Positions 45,715 through 55,019 of a DNA stretch of 64,000 nt are shown here, in pieces; within the stretch, counting starts at the first letter, position 1; the number at the start of each line of letters is the position of its first letter. The position numbers and the translations under genes were made by a program. The stretch comes from Oscillospiraceae bacterium (GTDB taxonomy: Bacteria; Bacillota; Clostridia; Oscillospirales; Oscillospiraceae), in contig JAFRPC010000028.1 in assembly GCA_017429325.1 (NCBI GenBank), positions 2,376 to 66,375 of the forward strand, in the 5' to 3' direction. The notes below the pieces were generated by a model. That model saw only the letters and a list, made by a program, of their open reading frames with translations, made no database searches and was not told where the DNA came from.

Positions 45715-46485
45715 ATGCGCAAAGTCGGCCTCTCCACCTTGATCTCGGGCGTTATCTTAACAGTGGCCCTGTTCTTCCTACGTCGGACCGACTGGTTCGC
45801 GGCGGAGCAGGCCAGGGGCATGTCCGATTTCGCCGAGCTGGCGGAATCCGCCTTCTACGCGGCCCTGGCCACCGCCGGGCTGGGCCTGCTCTTCCTGCTG
45901 CTGAGTCTGCGCCGGGGGAGCCAGACCCCGGAGAACGAGGCCCCCGCGCCTCTGGAGCGGCCCTGGATCTGCCCGGCCTGCGGGGCGCAGAATCCGGAGG
46001 CGGAGCAGCGCTGCACCGTCTGCGGAAATCCCCAGTACAACGCCCCGACGCCCACCTGGCGCTGCCCCTTCTGCGGCTCGGACGTGGCGGAGCCCCTGGC
46101 TGTCTGCCCCGTCTGCCAGTCGCCGAAAAACCGCCCCCTGCTGACCTGGATCTGCGAGGGCTGCGGCCATGAGAACCCGGAGACCGAGACCCGCTGTACC
46201 GCCTGCCAGCGCAGACGCCATCCCGCCGCGCCTACCTGGACCTGTCCCGCCTGCGGGATCGCTAACGACGAGGACGCCCGCTTCTGCCGTCTCTGCGGCA
46301 GGCCCCGGCAGCAGAGCTGGACCTGCTCCTACTGCGGGCGGGAGAACGCCCTGGGGCGGAGCGTGTGCGCCAAGTGCGGCAAGCCCAGGGACGAGGCGCG
46401 CCGCTCCTGGCTCTGCCCCGTCTGCGGCACCCAGAACCGCGCCGAACGCGGCGTCTGCGTGGGCTGCGGCCAGCCGCGCCCGTGA
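45715..46485 (+). CDS. Membrane-anchored protein with six tandem RanBP2-type zinc-finger/zinc-ribbon repeats
   Basis: Two N-terminal TM helices are followed by six copies of W-x-C-x2-C-G-x-x-N-x6-C-x2-C-G-x-P(R/K), for example WICPACGAQNPEAEQRCTVCG. Confidence 0.75.
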   Translation: MRKVGLSTLISGVILTVALFFLRRTDWFAAEQARGMSDFAELAESAFYAALATAGLGLLFLLLSLRRGSQTPENEAPAPLERPWICPACGAQNPEAEQRCTVCGNPQYNAPTPTWRCPFCGSDVAEPLAVCPVCQSPKNRPLLTWICEGCGHENPETETRCTACQRRRHPAAPTWTCPACGIANDEDARFCRLCGRPRQQSWTCSYCGRENALGRSVCAKCGKPRDEARRSWLCPVCGTQNRAERGVCVGCGQPRP

Positions 46486-46515
46486 TACAATAGAGATAGG
46501 AGAGATTTGAATCTT

Positions 46516-47556
46516 ATGAAAAAACTGGCGCTTCTTCTGACCCTGCTCCTGCTGGTCAGCCTCTTCGCCGCCTGTACCGGCGGCACGCCCACGACTGCCG
46601 CCCCGACGACTGCCGCTTCTGCTGCCGATGCGCCTGTCACCGACGCCCCTGCCGTCGAAGCGCCGACGACAGCCGCTCCGACTGTGCCGCAGGTGGAGGA
46701 GGCGGACGTACATCCCCTGCTCTACCATGTCACCGGCCCCGACGGGCAGGAGGGCTGGCTCTTCGGCACCATCCACGTGGGGGACGAGCGCATCCAGACA
46801 GCGCTGGAAAAGCTGACGCCCATCCTGGACGGCTGCGACGCCCTGGCCGTGGAGTTCGACGTTGTGGCCTACGAGCAGGACTACGCCGCCCAGATGCAGG
46901 CCATGAGCAAGTTTATCCTCACCGACGGCACCAAGGCCTCGGACCACATGAGCCCGGAGACCTTTGAGAAGGCCTCCGCTCTGCTGGGAGAGGCCGGGCT
47001 CCGCCCCAGCCTGATGCAAGCCTACAATCTGGCGATGTGGGCGCAGCTGGTGGAGCAGGCCGCCCTGATGACCCGCACTTCCTACAGCACGGAGATCGGC
47101 ATGGACCGCTCCCTGATCCGGTACTGCTACGACCACAAGATCGAGGTCCGGGACGTGGAGAGTGCCGAGCTGCAATATAAGCTGCTGGCGGGCTTTTCCG
47201 ACGAGCTGAACCTGCTGCTGATCGAGGAAGCCCTGGAGGACCTGGACAGCTTTGCCGCCGACACCGACAAGCTGTACAACACCTGGCTCAAGGGCAATCC
47301 CGTGGACCTGCTTCTCCTGGTGGCAGCTGAAGAAGGGGGAGACTACACCGAAACAGAACAGGCCCTGCTGAAGGATTACTACGACAAAATGCTGACCCAG
47401 CGAAATATAGGGATGCGGGACCGGGCCTTAGAGTGGCTGAAGGCCGGGGACAAGGTCTTCTTTGCCGTCGGTGCGGCGCATCTGCTCGGCATGGGCGGGC
47501 TGGCGGCTCTGCTGCAGGCTGAGGGCTTCACCGTAGAACTTTATGAATACAATTAA
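46516..47556 (+). CDS. TraB/GumN family lipoprotein
   Basis: A lipobox (LFAAC) is present. LLYHVTGPDGQEGWLFGTIHVGD and FFAVGAAHL are family hallmarks. Confidence 0.8.
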   Translation: MKKLALLLTLLLLVSLFAACTGGTPTTAAPTTAASAADAPVTDAPAVEAPTTAAPTVPQVEEADVHPLLYHVTGPDGQEGWLFGTIHVGDERIQTALEKLTPILDGCDALAVEFDVVAYEQDYAAQMQAMSKFILTDGTKASDHMSPETFEKASALLGEAGLRPSLMQAYNLAMWAQLVEQAALMTRTSYSTEIGMDRSLIRYCYDHKIEVRDVESAELQYKLLAGFSDELNLLLIEEALEDLDSFAADTDKLYNTWLKGNPVDLLLLVAAEEGGDYTETEQALLKDYYDKMLTQRNIGMRDRALEWLKAGDKVFFAVGAAHLLGMGGLAALLQAEGFTVELYEYN

Positions 47557-47572
47557 CGGAAAAGTGAAAAAA

Positions 47573-47607
47573 AGCAATGGATTTTCAAAAATCCATTGCT
47601 TTTTCTC
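47573..47607. terminator. Bidirectional intrinsic terminator
   Basis: The 12-bp stem agcaatggattt / aaatccattgct has an A-tract before and TTTTCTC after. Confidence 0.75.
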
Positions 47608-47678
47608 TGCTGATATGGTATAAGAGTAACCAGGACGGCAAACTGCTGCCTGAAATAACGAAAAGGAGACTATATATT

Positions 47679-48077
47679 ATGAAGCGCATCGTATCCATTG
47701 CCCTCGTGGTTCTCATGGTGGCTGCCCTGTTCGTGGGCTGCTCCTCCAACTCTGTGGACGGCGTCTACAGGATCAAGACTGTCAACGGCAAAGAGCTGAA
47801 GACCTACCTCACCGAGGAACTCGGCGGCACCGAAGACCAGATCGAGGCCCTTCTGAAGATGGCCGGCATTGACAGCCTCGAGGACTACATGACCATCACC
47901 CTGAATCAGGACGGCACCGTCAAGGCTGCCATGATGGGCGAAGAAAGCGAAGGCACCTGGAAGCTGGACGGCGAGAAGCTGACCATTACCGTTGACGGCG
48001 AAGCCACCGAGTGCACCTACAAGGACGGCAAGATCACCGTTGATATGGACGGCGAGACCATGGTCCTGGGCAAGTAA
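47679..48077 (+). CDS. Small lipoprotein, function unknown
   Basis: It has an AAAGGAG RBS and a lipobox (FVGC). The mature part is beta-rich. Confidence 0.65.
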   Translation: MKRIVSIALVVLMVAALFVGCSSNSVDGVYRIKTVNGKELKTYLTEELGGTEDQIEALLKMAGIDSLEDYMTITLNQDGTVKAAMMGEESEGTWKLDGEKLTITVDGEATECTYKDGKITVDMDGETMVLGK

Positions 48078-48095
48078 TTCTCTGACTGAAAAAAA

Positions 48096-48128
48096 TCCGC
48101 TTCCCGAATTCGGGGAGCGGAATTTTTT
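48096..48128. terminator. Bidirectional intrinsic terminator between convergent genes
   Basis: The stem is tccgcttcccg / cggggagcgga, with AAAAAA before and TTTTTTG after. Confidence 0.75.
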
Positions 48129-48137
48129 GTGCTTTGC

Positions 48138-48458
48138 TTACTCGTTGGGCAGCTCCACGTCGGCGTAGTCCTTGAACTCTTCGACAATGGCCTCTGCCTT
48201 CTCCTTGGCGTCCTCGACGGCCTCTTCGACAGCTTCCTTGACCTCTTCGGCCTTGTCCTTGGCCTCTTCAGCCTTGTCCTTGACAGCCTCGGCGGCCTCT
48301 TCCACGAAGTCCTCCACAGTCTCGGGCTTGTCGCACTCGCATTCCTTCTTGCCGCACTTGCAGCAGACGCCGAACTTCTTTTTCAGAACGAGCAGGATCG
48401 CGCACAGCGTTGCCACAGCGCCAATCACGGCAAGAATCGTCTTGATGGTCTTATCCAT
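48138..48458 (-). CDS. Small single-pass membrane protein with a Cys-rich juxtamembrane segment and an acidic coiled-coil tail
   Basis: It has an AAAGGAGGG RBS and a TM helix, followed by CCKCGKKECEC and then E/K/A heptad-like repeats. Confidence 0.6.
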   Translation of the reverse strand: MDKTIKTILAVIGAVATLCAILLVLKKKFGVCCKCGKKECECDKPETVEDFVEEAAEAVKDKAEEAKDKAEEVKEAVEEAVEDAKEKAEAIVEEFKDYADVELPNE

Positions 48459-48612
48459 AACAGGTCCCTCCTTTTGTTATGATTTGTTACAATTCAGTAT
48501 AGCACATATTTTGCCCGGAGGCAAGGGGTTTTATCAGCATTTTTCCGGAGATTTTTCAGAGTTTTTTCAGAAGGATTTTTCGGAGGGCGTTCAGCATGTT
48601 TCCGGTGTCGTG

Positions 48613-49593
48613 TCAAATTCCGTCGGGGACATAGCCATAGAGGCCCCGGACGGAGACCTCGCCGGAGCGGACGCGCTCTACGCCTGCGGCGGTTCGTACC
48701 ACCAGGGCGGCTTCCTCGTCTACGTCCAGCGCCAGCCCCTGCCGGGGCGGCTGTCCGGGGGCCAAGAGCTGGACCTCCCTGCTTAAATTCACGCAGGCGG
48801 CCCGATACTCTTCCCGCCAATCCGGCATGGGCAGGGCCGAGAGCCGGCGGATCAGGGCGGCGGACAGGGCGTTCCGGTCCACCCGGCGGCCCGTCTGGCT
48901 CAGGAGGGAGCCCGCAACGTCCCGGAGCTCCGGCGGGAAGCTGTCGGCGCCGCGGTTGCAGTTGACCCCCACGCCCACCACGGCGTAGGACACCAGGCCG
49001 CTCTCCGCCTCGATGGAGAGCTCCGTCAGAATGCCGCAGATCTTTCGCCCGTTCAGCAGCAGGTCGTTGACCCACTTGATGTCGGGCTCCGCGCCGCAGC
49101 TCTCCCGGAGGGCCTGCCGCACCGCCACGGCGGCCTGGGCGGTGAGGCTCATCAGCGCCTCGGGGGGACAGGCGGGACGCAGCAGGACCGAGAGGTAGAC
49201 GCCGCCCCCCGGCGCGGAGTCAAAGTGCCTTCCCAGGCGGCCCCGGCCCGCAGTCTGTGCCTCGGCCAGCACCGCGGTCCCCGCGGGTGCGCCTGCGGCG
49301 GCCAGGGCCTTGAGGTGGGTATTGGTGGAGTCCACGCTGGGCAGGACCAGGAGCTCTCCGGCCCGGGGGAGCTCCCCCAGGGCGGCCAGGATGGCGCTCT
49401 TCCGCAGCAGGTCGGGCTCCGACAGCAGCCGATGGCCCCGGCGGGGCACGGATTCAATGCCGTAGCCCTCCCGCTTCAGCCCGGCCACGGCCTTGGAGAC
49501 CGCCGCCCGGGTGACGCCCAGCCGCCGCCCCAGCTCCGCGCCGGAGACGTATCGCTCCTCCCGCAGCAGGGCCAGCAGCGCTTCCATATCCAT
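48613..49593 (-). CDS. birA: Bifunctional biotin-[acetyl-CoA-carboxylase] ligase / repressor BirA
   Basis: An N-terminal wHTH (VSGAELGRRLGVTRAAVSKAV) and the GRGRLGRHF biotin-ligase motif are present. Confidence 0.9.
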   Translation of the reverse strand: MDMEALLALLREERYVSGAELGRRLGVTRAAVSKAVAGLKREGYGIESVPRRGHRLLSEPDLLRKSAILAALGELPRAGELLVLPSVDSTNTHLKALAAAGAPAGTAVLAEAQTAGRGRLGRHFDSAPGGGVYLSVLLRPACPPEALMSLTAQAAVAVRQALRESCGAEPDIKWVNDLLLNGRKICGILTELSIEAESGLVSYAVVGVGVNCNRGADSFPPELRDVAGSLLSQTGRRVDRNALSAALIRRLSALPMPDWREEYRAACVNLSREVQLLAPGQPPRQGLALDVDEEAALVVRTAAGVERVRSGEVSVRGLYGYVPDGI

Positions 49594-49746
49594 ACGCTCA
49601 CCGTCCTTGTCTCAGATGCTCCTATCTTGACACAGAAAGCCGGAAAAGTCAATGGGACGCCGGTGTTTTTTTGTCGATGCCCTGTTGCGCCAAAGGCGCT
49701 GACATGGTATAATAGTCCCATCAATGCAGAGAAAGAAGGTATTCCT

Positions 49747-51210
49747 ATGCCCTGTACCACTGTTTTGGTGGGCAAAAACGCCTCCAATGACCGTTCCACC
49801 ATGATCGCCCGCACCGACGACGGGCATTTTGACGAAAAGAAGCTCATTGTCGTCACCCCGAAGCAGCAGAAGCGGAAGTATCGCAGCGTCCTCTCCCACG
49901 TGACGGTGGAGCTGCCCGAGGAGCCCCTGGCCTACACGGCCTGTCCCAGCGTGGACCCGGCCATGGGCGTCTGGGCCGCCACGGGCATCAACGCTGCCGG
50001 GGTGGGCATGACCGCCACCGAGACCATCACCACCAATCCCCGGGTCCTGGCGGCGGACCCCCTGGTGGAGCTGAAAAAGGCCAAGACCCGGAAGGAGAAG
50101 GAGGTCCCCGGCGGCATCGGCGAGGAGGACATCGTCGTGCTGGTGCTGCCCTACATCCGCAGCGCCCGGGAGGGCGTGCTGCGGCTGGCAAAGCTGCTGG
50201 AGCAGTACGGCACCTATGAGTCCAACGGCATCGCCTTCAACGACGAGAACGAGGTCTGGTGGATGGAGACCATCGGCGGCCACCACTGGATGGCGAAGCG
50301 GGTCCCCGACGACCGGGTGGTGGTCATGCCCAACCAGTTCGGCATGGACGGCTTCGACTTAGAGGACGCCTTCGGTGCGAAAAAGGACCATCTCTGCTCC
50401 GCCGACCTGCGGGAGTTCATCGCGGAGAACCGGCTGGACCTGAACCAGGACGGCGTCTTCAACCCCCGGAATATCTTCGGCTCCCGCTCCGACCACGACC
50501 ACATCTACAACACGCCCCGGGCCTGGTTCATGGGCCGGTATCTTTGCCCCCGACGCTGGCGCTGGGACGGCCCCGACGCCGATTTCACCCCAGAGAGCGA
50601 CGACATCCCCTGGTCCTTCGTGCCGGAACGGAAGGTGGCCGTGGAGGACGTGAAGTATCTGCTCTCCGGCAACTATCAAGGCACGCCCTACGACCCCTAT
50701 CTGAACCGGGACACCGGCCTGCGGGGCAAGTACCGCTCCATCGGCATCAACCGCACCGGCGTCACCTCCGTCTGCCAGATCCGGGACAATATGCCCGTGG
50801 CCCTGCGGGGCGTGGAGTGGATCTGCTTCGCCTCCACCACCTTTGACGCCCTGCTGCCGGTCTATACCTGCGTGGACAAAATGCCCGACTACCTCTCCAA
50901 GGTAACAATGGACTGCTCCACCGAGAATTTCTACTGGGCCAGCGCGGTGCTGGCGGCCTTGGCGGACCACAGCTACAACCAGAGCAATCAGCACATCGTC
51001 CGCTACCAGGACGCCGTCATCACCAAGGGCCGTCAGCTCCTGGCGGAGTACGACAAAAAGATGCTGGCAAGCGGCGACTGCTCTCTGGCCGCCGAGGCCA
51101 ACGAGGCCCTGGCGAAGATGGCGAAGGAGCAGACCTTCAAGGCCCTGTACAAGGTCCTGCGGGCCGCCTCCGAGACCATGAAGAACGGCTACAACCGGGC
51201 AGACCACTGA
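49747..51210 (+). CDS. C69 family dipeptidase
   Basis: The N-terminal MPCTTVLVGK carries the Ntn-type Cys nucleophile. Family blocks GINAAGVGMTATE and WWMETIGGHHW are present. Confidence 0.85.
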   Translation: MPCTTVLVGKNASNDRSTMIARTDDGHFDEKKLIVVTPKQQKRKYRSVLSHVTVELPEEPLAYTACPSVDPAMGVWAATGINAAGVGMTATETITTNPRVLAADPLVELKKAKTRKEKEVPGGIGEEDIVVLVLPYIRSAREGVLRLAKLLEQYGTYESNGIAFNDENEVWWMETIGGHHWMAKRVPDDRVVVMPNQFGMDGFDLEDAFGAKKDHLCSADLREFIAENRLDLNQDGVFNPRNIFGSRSDHDHIYNTPRAWFMGRYLCPRRWRWDGPDADFTPESDDIPWSFVPERKVAVEDVKYLLSGNYQGTPYDPYLNRDTGLRGKYRSIGINRTGVTSVCQIRDNMPVALRGVEWICFASTTFDALLPVYTCVDKMPDYLSKVTMDCSTENFYWASAVLAALADHSYNQSNQHIVRYQDAVITKGRQLLAEYDKKMLASGDCSLAAEANEALAKMAKEQTFKALYKVLRAASETMKNGYNRADH

Positions 51211-51241
51211 CAGGCCGCGGCGGTACGAGAGCGAAAAACAG

Positions 51242-51937
51242 ATGAATATCCAAATTTTGCAGCTTTTGGAAGGCGCGAAGCGGGCTGAGGGCCTCACCGT
51301 CGTCATCGACGTGCTGCGGGCCTTCTCCCTGGAGTGTTATCTGGCCCACCGGGGCGCGGCAGAGCTCCGTCCCGTCGCCACCTTAGAGGAGGCCTTCGCT
51401 TGGCGAGACCGGGACCCAGAGGTCCTGTTGGTGGGCGAGCGGGGCGGGGCGAAATGCGAGGGCTTTGACTTCGGCAACTCCCCCTCCTCCATCCCGACGG
51501 AGGCCGTAAAGGGCCGCCGCATCATCCACACCACCAGTGCCGGGACCCAGGGCCTCACCCAGGCGGTCCGCGCCGACGAGCGCATCACCGGCAGTCTGGT
51601 GAACGCCGCCGCCGTCGCGGCTTACATCCGGCGGCGGGATCCGGAGACTGTCTCCCTGGTCTGCATGGGGAACGCCGGAGTCCGGGAGGCCCCGGAGGAC
51701 CTGCTCTGCGCCGAGTACATCCGCAGCCTGGTCCTGGGGGAGCCTCTGCCCGACCTGGAGGATAGGATCCGAGCTCTGCAGTGGCACGGCGGCGCACATT
51801 TCTTCAATCCCGATACCCAGCACGTCTATCCCGAGCCGGACTTCTGGCTCTGTGTCAAGCGGGACCTCTTCCCCTTCGTCCTGCGGGCGGAGCGGGACGA
51901 GCTGGGCTTGCGGATGGAAAAGGTGGACATTCTATGA
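51242..51937 (+). CDS. comB: 2-phosphosulfolactate phosphatase (ComB) family protein
   Basis: Motifs VVIDVLRAFS, GERGG...GFDFGNSP and TTSAGT are present. Confidence 0.8.
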   Translation: MNIQILQLLEGAKRAEGLTVVIDVLRAFSLECYLAHRGAAELRPVATLEEAFAWRDRDPEVLLVGERGGAKCEGFDFGNSPSSIPTEAVKGRRIIHTTSAGTQGLTQAVRADERITGSLVNAAAVAAYIRRRDPETVSLVCMGNAGVREAPEDLLCAEYIRSLVLGEPLPDLEDRIRALQWHGGAHFFNPDTQHVYPEPDFWLCVKRDLFPFVLRAERDELGLRMEKVDIL

Positions 51938-52410
51938 AAAAACAGGAAAAAACCAACGTCATGCGGCTGCTGGAGCAGCACGGAGTTCCCTACACCGCCC
52001 ACGATTACAGCGACAGCGGCGTGGTCAGTGGGGCCGAGGTGGCCGCGGTCTTAGGGCAGGACCCGGCGCGGGTCTTCAAGACCCTCGTCACCGTGGGCCG
52101 CTCCGGGCAGCACTACGTTTTCGTGATCCCCGTGCTGCGGGAGCTGAATCTGAAGCTGGCCGCCGCAGCCGCCGGAGAGAAAAGCGTCGAGATGGTGAAG
52201 TCCAGGGAGCTGCTGCCCCTGACGGGCTACATCCACGGCGGCTGCTCCCCCATCGGCATGAAAAAGCTCTTCCCCACATTCTTAGAGGAGAGCGCGGTCC
52301 TGTACGATACCATCCTGTTCAGCGCCGGGAAGATCGGCTGGCAGGTGGAGACCGCGCCGGATGCCCTGGCGCAGCTCGTTCCCTATCAATATGCGGAGCT
52401 CTGCGATTGA
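51934..52410 (+). CDS. ybaK: Cys-tRNA(Pro)/Cys-tRNA(Cys) deacylase YbaK
   Basis: The sequence is TNVMRLLE...VFKTLV...GYIHGGCSPIGMKK. It overlaps the upstream gene's stop (ATGA). Confidence 0.85.
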   Translation: MKKQEKTNVMRLLEQHGVPYTAHDYSDSGVVSGAEVAAVLGQDPARVFKTLVTVGRSGQHYVFVIPVLRELNLKLAAAAAGEKSVEMVKSRELLPLTGYIHGGCSPIGMKKLFPTFLEESAVLYDTILFSAGKIGWQVETAPDALAQLVPYQYAELCD

Positions 52411-52424
52411 ACGGGAGGAAGAAG

Positions 52425-53015
52425 ATGGACCCACAAAAACAACGGATCCGGGCGTTCTTTGACCGGCTCGCCCCCGAATGGGACGCGGGTACGGTCCGCC
52501 CCGAGGCCGTCATCGCCCGGATCCTGGACAACGGCGGCGTCCGTCCCGGCGTCTCCGTCCTGGACGTGGGCTGCGGCACCGGCGTGCTGATCGGGGACTA
52601 TCTGGCCCGAGGCGCGGCCTCGGTGACGGGCGTAGACCTCTCCCCGGAGATGCTTCGCCGGGCGGAAGCCGCCTATCCCCAGCCCCAGGTCCGCTTCCTG
52701 CTGGCGGACGCAGAGACAGACCCTCTGGGCGGTCCCTACGACTGCGTGATGGTCTACAACGCCTTTCCCCACTTCCCGCACCCGGCGCTGCTGTTGGCCC
52801 GGCTGGGCGCCGCAGTAAAACCCGGCGGCATACTCAGCGTCGCCCACGGCATGAGCCGGGCCACCCTGGCCGCCCACCACGCCAATGTCCCGGCGGGCGT
52901 CTCCCTGGAGCTGCCGGAGGCCGAAGCTCTGGCCACCCTTTTCCCCGCGGATTTTACCGTCACCACCCTGATCTCCGACGAGGAGATGTATCAGGTGGCC
53001 GCAAGGCGCACTTGA
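52425..53015 (+). CDS. Class I SAM-dependent methyltransferase
   Basis: Motif I VLDVGCGTG is present, with D at the end of beta-2 (GVDLS). Confidence 0.8.
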   Translation: MDPQKQRIRAFFDRLAPEWDAGTVRPEAVIARILDNGGVRPGVSVLDVGCGTGVLIGDYLARGAASVTGVDLSPEMLRRAEAAYPQPQVRFLLADAETDPLGGPYDCVMVYNAFPHFPHPALLLARLGAAVKPGGILSVAHGMSRATLAAHHANVPAGVSLELPEAEALATLFPADFTVTTLISDEEMYQVAARRT

Positions 53016-53073
53016 CAAATTGAAAAAAATGAGTATAATGGGGCAAAGTATTTTCAAAAGGAGGAAATACACA

Positions 53074-54963
53074 ATGCCAAAGAAAAAAATCGAAACCGTC
53101 ACGGACGATATCATAAAGGAAGCGGCCCCCAAGGCTGAAAAGAAGACCCCTGCCAAAAAGACGGCAGGCAGCACGGCAAAGAAAACGACCGCCGCGAAGG
53201 ACACTGCTCCCAAGGCTCCTGCTGCGAAGAAAGCGCCTGCGAAGAAAAAGGCCGCCCCCGCGGTGGAGACCGCTCCCGTTGTGGAGGCTGCTCCCGCTGT
53301 AGAGCCCATTCCCGCTGCGGAACCCGCCCCCGTTGTGGAGGCTGCTCCCGTTGTGGAACCTGCCCCCGTGGCCGAACCCGCCCCCGTTGAGGAGGCCGCC
53401 CCCGTTGTGGAACCTGCCCCCGTGGCCGAACCCGCCCCCGTTGAGGAGGCCGCCCCCGTTGTGGAACCTGCCCCCGTGGCCGAACCCGCTCCCGTTGTGG
53501 AGCTGCCCCAGCCCCGCCGCAGCGTGGCCTTCATCGGCTCCGAGTGCTATCCCTTCGTGAAGACCGGCGGCCTGGGCGACGTGATGTACGCCCTGCCCCG
53601 CGCCCTGGCGAAGCTCAACTGCGACGTGAAGGTCATTCTCCCCAGATATAGCTGCATTCCCCAGAAATGGCAGGACAAGATGATCTATCGCGGCTCCTTC
53701 ATGATGGACCTCTGCTCCGATGGCCGCTCCTTCTACGTGGGCATCATGGAGTATGTCTGGGACGGTGTGGTCTACGACTTTATCGACAACCAGGAGTTCT
53801 TCTCCTACGGCAAGCCCTACACCAACTTAGTGGACGACATCCCCCGCTACTGCTACTTCGGCAAGGCCGCCCTGGCCGCGCTGAACTATATGGACTGGAT
53901 CCCCGACGTGATCCACTGCCACGACTGGCAGGCGGGCCTGGTCCCCATCTTCCTGCGGACCCACTTCAGCACGACGCCGCTGGCAAGCGCCAAGACCGTG
54001 CTGACCATCCACAATCTCCGGTTCCAGGGCATCTACAACATCCCCACCATCCAGTACTGGACCAACCTGCCGGACTATGTGTTCAACAAGGATGCCCTGA
54101 CCCAGAACTGGGTGGATGCCAACATGCTCAAGGGCGGCCTGACCTACTGCGACATGATCACCACCGTCAGCGGCACCTACGCCTGGGAGATCCAGACCCC
54201 CTTCTTCGGCGAGGGCCTGGACGCCCACCTGCGGTATCACGCGGGCAAGCTCCGGGGCATCGTCAACGGCATCGACGTGGAGCAGTGGGACAGCCGCCGC
54301 GACAAGCTGCTGCCCGTCCCCTACGGCGCGGACAACTTCCTGGAGCTGAAGAAGGCCAACAAGCTGGCCCTCCAGGAGCAGCTGGGCCTGGAGCAAAACG
54401 CCGATAAGATGGTGCTGGGCCTGATCTCCCGGCTGACCGATCAGAAGGGCCTGGATCTGGTGAATTCCATCCTTCCCGCCCTGCTGGACGGCAACACCCA
54501 GGTGGTGGTCCTGGGCACCGGCGACGCCCGCTACGAGGAGAGCTTCCGCTGGTTTGAGAACAACAACAAGGGCAGCGTCTGCGCCTATATCGCCTACGAC
54601 GAAGCCCTGGCCCACAGGATCTACGCCGGCGCCGACGCCCTGCTGGTGCCCTCCCTCTTCGAGCCCTGCGGCCTGACCCAGCTCATCGCCATGCGCTACG
54701 GCACCGTGCCCATCGTCCGGGAGACCGGCGGCCTCAAGGACACCGTGGAGCCCTACAACCAGTTCACCAACGGCGGCAACGGCTTCACCTTTGACCGCTA
54801 CGACGCCGGCCTGCTGCTGGACGCCGTCAACCGGGCCAAGACCCTCTACTTCACCGGCCGCTGGCGCTGGGACGAGATGGTCCGCCGGGATATGGAAAAG
54901 GACGTCTCCTGGGAGAACTCCGCCCGGCACTACCGGGACCTGTATCTGGAACTGAAGCCATAA
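53074..54963 (+). CDS. glgA: Glycogen synthase GlgA (GT5) with a ~150-aa N-terminal Lys-rich and Pro/Ala/Val/Glu repeat extension
   Basis: The catalytic core begins SVAFIGSECYPFVKTGGLGDV. The start at 53074 follows AAAGGAGG. The extension has AKKTPAKK-type basic repeats followed by PVVEPAPVAEPAPVEEAA repeats. Confidence 0.9.
   Translation: MPKKKIETVTDDIIKEAAPKAEKKTPAKKTAGSTAKKTTAAKDTAPKAPAAKKAPAKKKAAPAVETAPVVEAAPAVEPIPAAEPAPVVEAAPVVEPAPVAEPAPVEEAAPVVEPAPVAEPAPVEEAAPVVEPAPVAEPAPVVELPQPRRSVAFIGSECYPFVKTGGLGDVMYALPRALAKLNCDVKVILPRYSCIPQKWQDKMIYRGSFMMDLCSDGRSFYVGIMEYVWDGVVYDFIDNQEFFSYGKPYTNLVDDIPRYCYFGKAALAALNYMDWIPDVIHCHDWQAGLVPIFLRTHFSTTPLASAKTVLTIHNLRFQGIYNIPTIQYWTNLPDYVFNKDALTQNWVDANMLKGGLTYCDMITTVSGTYAWEIQTPFFGEGLDAHLRYHAGKLRGIVNGIDVEQWDSRRDKLLPVPYGADNFLELKKANKLALQEQLGLEQNADKMVLGLISRLTDQKGLDLVNSILPALLDGNTQVVVLGTGDARYEESFRWFENNNKGSVCAYIAYDEALAHRIYAGADALLVPSLFEPCGLTQLIAMRYGTVPIVRETGGLKDTVEPYNQFTNGGNGFTFDRYDAGLLLDAVNRAKTLYFTGRWRWDEMVRRDMEKDVSWENSARHYRDLYLELKP
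53347..53500 (+). repeat. 54-bp perfect tandem coding repeat (about 2.8 copies) in the glgA 5' extension
   Basis: The unit cccgttgtggaacctgcccccgtggccgaacccgcccccgttgaggaggccgcc repeats at 53347, 53401 and 53455 (the last copy is partial). Confidence 0.9.
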
Positions 54964-54974
54964 CCACAATCAAG

Positions 54975-55014
54975 AAATCACCATGCCGGTGCGCTGCCGA
55001 CATGGTGATTTTTC
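54975..55014 (+). terminator. Intrinsic terminator after glgA
   Basis: The 11-bp stem aaatcaccatg / catggtgattt is followed by TTTCTG. Confidence 0.7.
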
Positions 55015-55019
55015 TGATA

